Shown here: in pieces, positions 60,360-64,000 of the stretch
How the letters are laid out: every line of letters begins with the position of its first letter
Numbering within the stretch: position 1 is the stretch's first letter
Assembly (NCBI GenBank): GCA_965112735.1
Contig: OZ218950.1
Span: 5,332,001 to 5,396,000, forward strand
Length of the DNA stretch: 64,000 nt
Direction of reading: 5' to 3'
Source of the DNA: Phaeosaccion multiseriatum
Taxonomy: Eukaryota; Protista; Ochrophyta, other classes
Made by a program: the position numbers and the translations under genes
The notes under the pieces: generated by a model
The model's input: the letters and a program-made list of their open reading frames with translations, nothing else
What the model was told of the DNA's origin: nothing
The model's database searches: none

Positions 60360-63200
60360 TGGCTTGCTCCCCCCAAAATCGGCGCGTGTCTGCGATGACC
60401 ATGAAGGATTTCTACTGTCACGCGCAAAAAGGCGTGCGGACTCGTCGCGAGCAAATATTCTTGGGTGGGCTGGACGTGAAGAATGTGGCAGAGGCTAAGA
60501 AGGTGCTTAGCACCTTGGCCCCCCAAGATGGGCAGCGTCAGTGGGGGGATGATAGCGCCGAGGTGGTGCGCCAGGCGCTCGCCAAGGTGCTTTTCGTAGG
60601 GGCAAGTAGTGGTGCAAGTACTGAAGAGGCCACTCAACAAATGAATGGTATTTTCGAATCGCTTGTTGAGTGCGGGCGGAAAAAGGGGGAGTGGCTCATG
60701 CGAGAAGGGGGTGAGGGTGATCACTTGTACATTATCAAGTCCGGCACACTGGAGGTGTTGATTGCTGGGGAGCGCGTCAGAGAGCTCAAAAGAGGTGACT
60801 GCGTGGGAGAGCTGGCCCTCTTGTGCAAGGCTCCTCGAAGCGCCAGTGTCCGGGCCTTGGAACAGTGTGAGCTATGGTCACTCCATCGCGATAAGTTTCG
60901 AAGACTGCAGGCAGTCTCGAGCTATGCTGCTCTCTTGCAGAGAATTGCTTGGCTCAACGACATAGAGGCACTGCATTCACTCGATCGACGCTCGCTTGCA
61001 AAACTGGCCAGCTCCTTTGAGACCGTGGAGTTGGCCGACGGACAGGAGTTCGTTCGCCCAGGGGACTGCCTTGTAGAGTGCTACCTGGTCGAGCGTGGCG
61101 CAGTGCTCGCGACGCGGGAGGGGGAGGGAGGCGACGACAGCGACGGCAGCAGCTCGTGGGCCTCAGTTCTGGCTACCCAGTCACTGGGTGACGATAGAGA
61201 CTCCTCCTCCGCACCCTCCTTACGCCTAGAAGAAGGGGCCTTCCTCGGCTTGCCCGTGCTCTTCTCGGCGGCGAGCGTTCCAGGAGGATGGGAGCCGCTT
61301 CGTGGTGATGGTGATGATAATGATGATGATGGTGGTGGTGGTGGTGTTCGTTTTGCGGGAGCCAAGTCTCCGATTTCACTTGTTGCAGAGGGGCGAACGG
61401 TGGTGCGCTTTTTCACCATTGCCACATTTGAGGCACTCGTTGGGAGACCAAGCGAGGTTTTGACAGCCACAGAGGGGACCACAATTAAGCACGACGTCCC
61501 CTTCGTCTTACACGAGGCCAAGGAGGACTTTGTCCCGTCGGACTTTGAGGTGAGTAGAGTGACTGAAGCTGATTTCTCCCTACAGTGACTGTATGTAGTA
61601 AACCCTCTTCTCGATATGTCCCCCGACTCCCCTCGCCCGAAAAGCAACTCCTCTTTTTGGGTACAGGGAGCTTTGGCCGCGTCACACTTGTGACGCTCAG
61701 CCCTGATAGCAAAAAGGGTGAATCTCTTGGGGGCGTGACGGCGTTTGCGCTCAAGGCGCTCTCCAAAGTGGCCATTTTGGCTCGCCAGCAACTTGCACAC
61801 GTGAAGGACGAGCAGCTGCTCCTGCAGAACCTGTCGCATCCTTTCATCCTCAAGCTCTTTGCGACCTTTCAAGACTCGGACTCAGTCTTCTTTTTGACGG
61901 AAAATCTTTCGGGAGGCGACTTGTGGAGCGTCATCTACGAAGGGAGTTGCGGTTTCTCAGAGGGGAAGCTTCCTATCGAGTATGGTCGGTTTTACGCAGC
62001 GAGCGTTCTAGAACCACTCGCCTACATGCACAGCCGAAACGTGGCCTACAGAGACTTGAAACCTGAGAACATAATCTTGGACGCGCAAGGTGAGTGAGTG
62101 AGTGAGTGAGTGAGTGAGTGAGTGAGTGAGTGAGTGAGTGAGTGAGTGAGTGAGTGAGTGAGTGAGTGAGTGAGTGAGTGAGTGAGTGAGTGAGTGAGTG
62201 AGTGAGTGAGTGAGTGAGTGAGTGAGTGAGTGAGTGAGTGAGTGAGTGAGTGAGGGAGTGAGTGAGTGAGTGAGTGAGTGAGTGAGTGAGTGAGTGAGTG
62301 AGTGAGTGAGTGAGTGAGTGAGTGCATGCGTGCGTAATTAAGTGACTGAGTGACTGACTCACTCACTACCGAATGACTAACTGCCAGGTTATCTGAGGCT
62401 TATTGATCTGGGCTTTGCCAAACGAATCCCCTGGAGCACGCCTGCAGCAGCATCCGAGTCATCCGAACAAGAGTCCCCCGTTCTTATGGACGCCCACCCC
62501 AAGAGCTTTACCATGTGTGGCACTCCTGAGGTAAGCAAAGCCAATTAACCATAGAGCGCTGGCTTGCTCCCCGTGCCATAAGCAGACTTCTTTCAAAGCT
62601 CCTCCTGACCACGCTTGCTGCCCCGTTCCCTCCCTCCCTCCCTCCCTCTCAAGTATCTCGCTCCGGAGTTCATCTTCAATAGTGGACACGACCACTCGGT
62701 GGACTACTGGGCGTTTGGGTGTCTCGTTTTTGAGCTCACTGCAGGCTACACACCATTCCAAACGCCGTCGGATGACCCCGACATGCATGCCCTCTTCAAA
62801 AGAATTGTATCGAAGGAGAAGCACGGCTTGAACTGGCCCACGGACTATGACGAAAAAGCCGGCAGCAATAGTAAGTAAGAGGGGCGCTGCGGGCGTACCA
62901 GCAGGTACCAAGACCGTGACTCATATTGCCCCTCGCTCGCCCATCCCCGCAGGTCACAGCCGCAATCTCGTCGAGGCGCTGCTCCAGGAGGACCCGCTTA
63001 AGCGCATGGGCAACTTGCTCCGCGGGCCGGATGACATTCGCTCCCATCCATTCTTCCAAGAGATTTCATTTCCCGACCTTTTGGCGAGACGGCTGCCTGC
63101 ACCCTTTGTGCCGTCGGAGAAGATGCGAGCCGTTCCTGACGATGGCAATCATTTGGAGGTTGAGTCCTACAGTGGGGATCAAGCAATTTTCCAGTGGTAA
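59978..63200 (+). CDS. cGMP-dependent protein kinase-like AGC kinase (2 cNMP-binding domains + kinase)
   Basis: MGGGAS N-myristoylation motif; GELALLCKAPRSASV phosphate-binding cassette; LGTGSFGRV, FALK, YRDLKPEN, DLG, TMCGTPE|YLAPE, DYWAFG, APFVP. Confidence 0.92.
62090..62323 (+). repeat. (GTGA)n microsatellite starting at an intron donor site
   Basis: About 58 units with one variant unit; begins at caag|gtgagt. Confidence 0.95.
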
Positions 63201-64000
63201 CTGGTCATGTTAGAATAAGGGGGCACGTGTGTGTTCTCAAGAGGGAGAGGTAGTACCTCGCCTTACCCACCACAACGCTATCGAAGTCTATGTATCCCCA
63301 CCAGTCCCCCTGGGTCAGGTTCTATTCTCCTGTCAAGCTGCCTCTCGCTGCTCAGTGCTAGCTGATTTCTCTGCTGATCTGTAGCGCATGTCTTTCCCCT
63401 CAGATCAGTCCGCACTAGGAGGCGCACACTACCTTTCTCATAGTCCTCCTCGTTATGCTTCTCCTTACGTCTCCTCCTTTCTGTATTCTTCGATCAGCCC
63501 CCAACCCTGCTTGGCCACCTCGTGCTGGCGGCGGGGCGTAGACTTTCTTGTCCTTCACCCACATATGCTCCAGGAGATGCCTGAGCTCCTTCCTTGAGCT
63601 TCTTCCTCGACAAGCGAATTGTCATCACCTCCCACTCCTTCCAAGAGAAGTTGATAGGTTTGTTGTCCATGGCGACGTCTTCTCTTAGGCCACACAGCAC
63701 CAGAGCAGCTGCAAGTGTGCCTCAATCACATGCACGCCTCACTGTGCATGGCGCATGCCAACAGAGCGTCGTGTTTGTGCCCCCTATAGGCCTGATACTC
63801 CCCCGCGCTGCCGCTCCGCCACCTCTACTTCCCACACCATCGCCACCTCTGGCCCCGGAACAATCGCCTCCCTCAAAACTCGTTCTCGATCGATCGCCGT
63901 AACTCGTTCTGCTCGATCAAACGTCCATCCTGGTGGGGCGGGGTTTTGTGGGTGTCAGGACAGTGGGTGGGTGGGTGTCAGGACAGTGGGGGCTGGTGGG

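Noticed and set aside
63388-64000. Short ORFs and a gtgggtgtcaggacagtggg repeat at the window end
   Set aside because: Interrupted frames, no recognisable motif, truncated by the window edge

Overview
Intron-rich, GC-rich eukaryotic nuclear DNA, most likely from a photosynthetic stramenopile (ochrophyte). The basis is bipartite signal-peptide + 'A|F' plastid-targeting leaders and a cyanobacterial-type MoeZ. About 16 protein-coding genes can be assembled by eye: eIF4G, HflX, AMT1, C2-DENN-WD40, USP40-like, MoeB-rhodanese, an intronless tandem-repeat protein of unknown function, SANT-MINDY, PRPF4, IPK1, an FG-GAP membrane protein, QTRT2, RPL28, an opine dehydrogenase, VPS36 and a PKG-like kinase. 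There is also an atypical intron-containing tRNA-Lys(CTT). Two accessory islands interrupt the compact housekeeping blocks: ~9.3-15 kb (a MITE, a decayed non-LTR reverse transcriptase, a possible Copia fragment) and ~38.3-46 kb (a RAE1 pseudogene, a duplicated ubiquitin-like fragment, degenerate ~180-bp repeats, around one intact orphan gene). The best candidates for new biology are the orphan gene at 42644-43669, the non-canonical tRNA and the SANT-MINDY fusion. Gene models were spliced by eye, so some start codons and internal exon limits are approximate. No database searches were run, and family assignments rest on recalled motifs.
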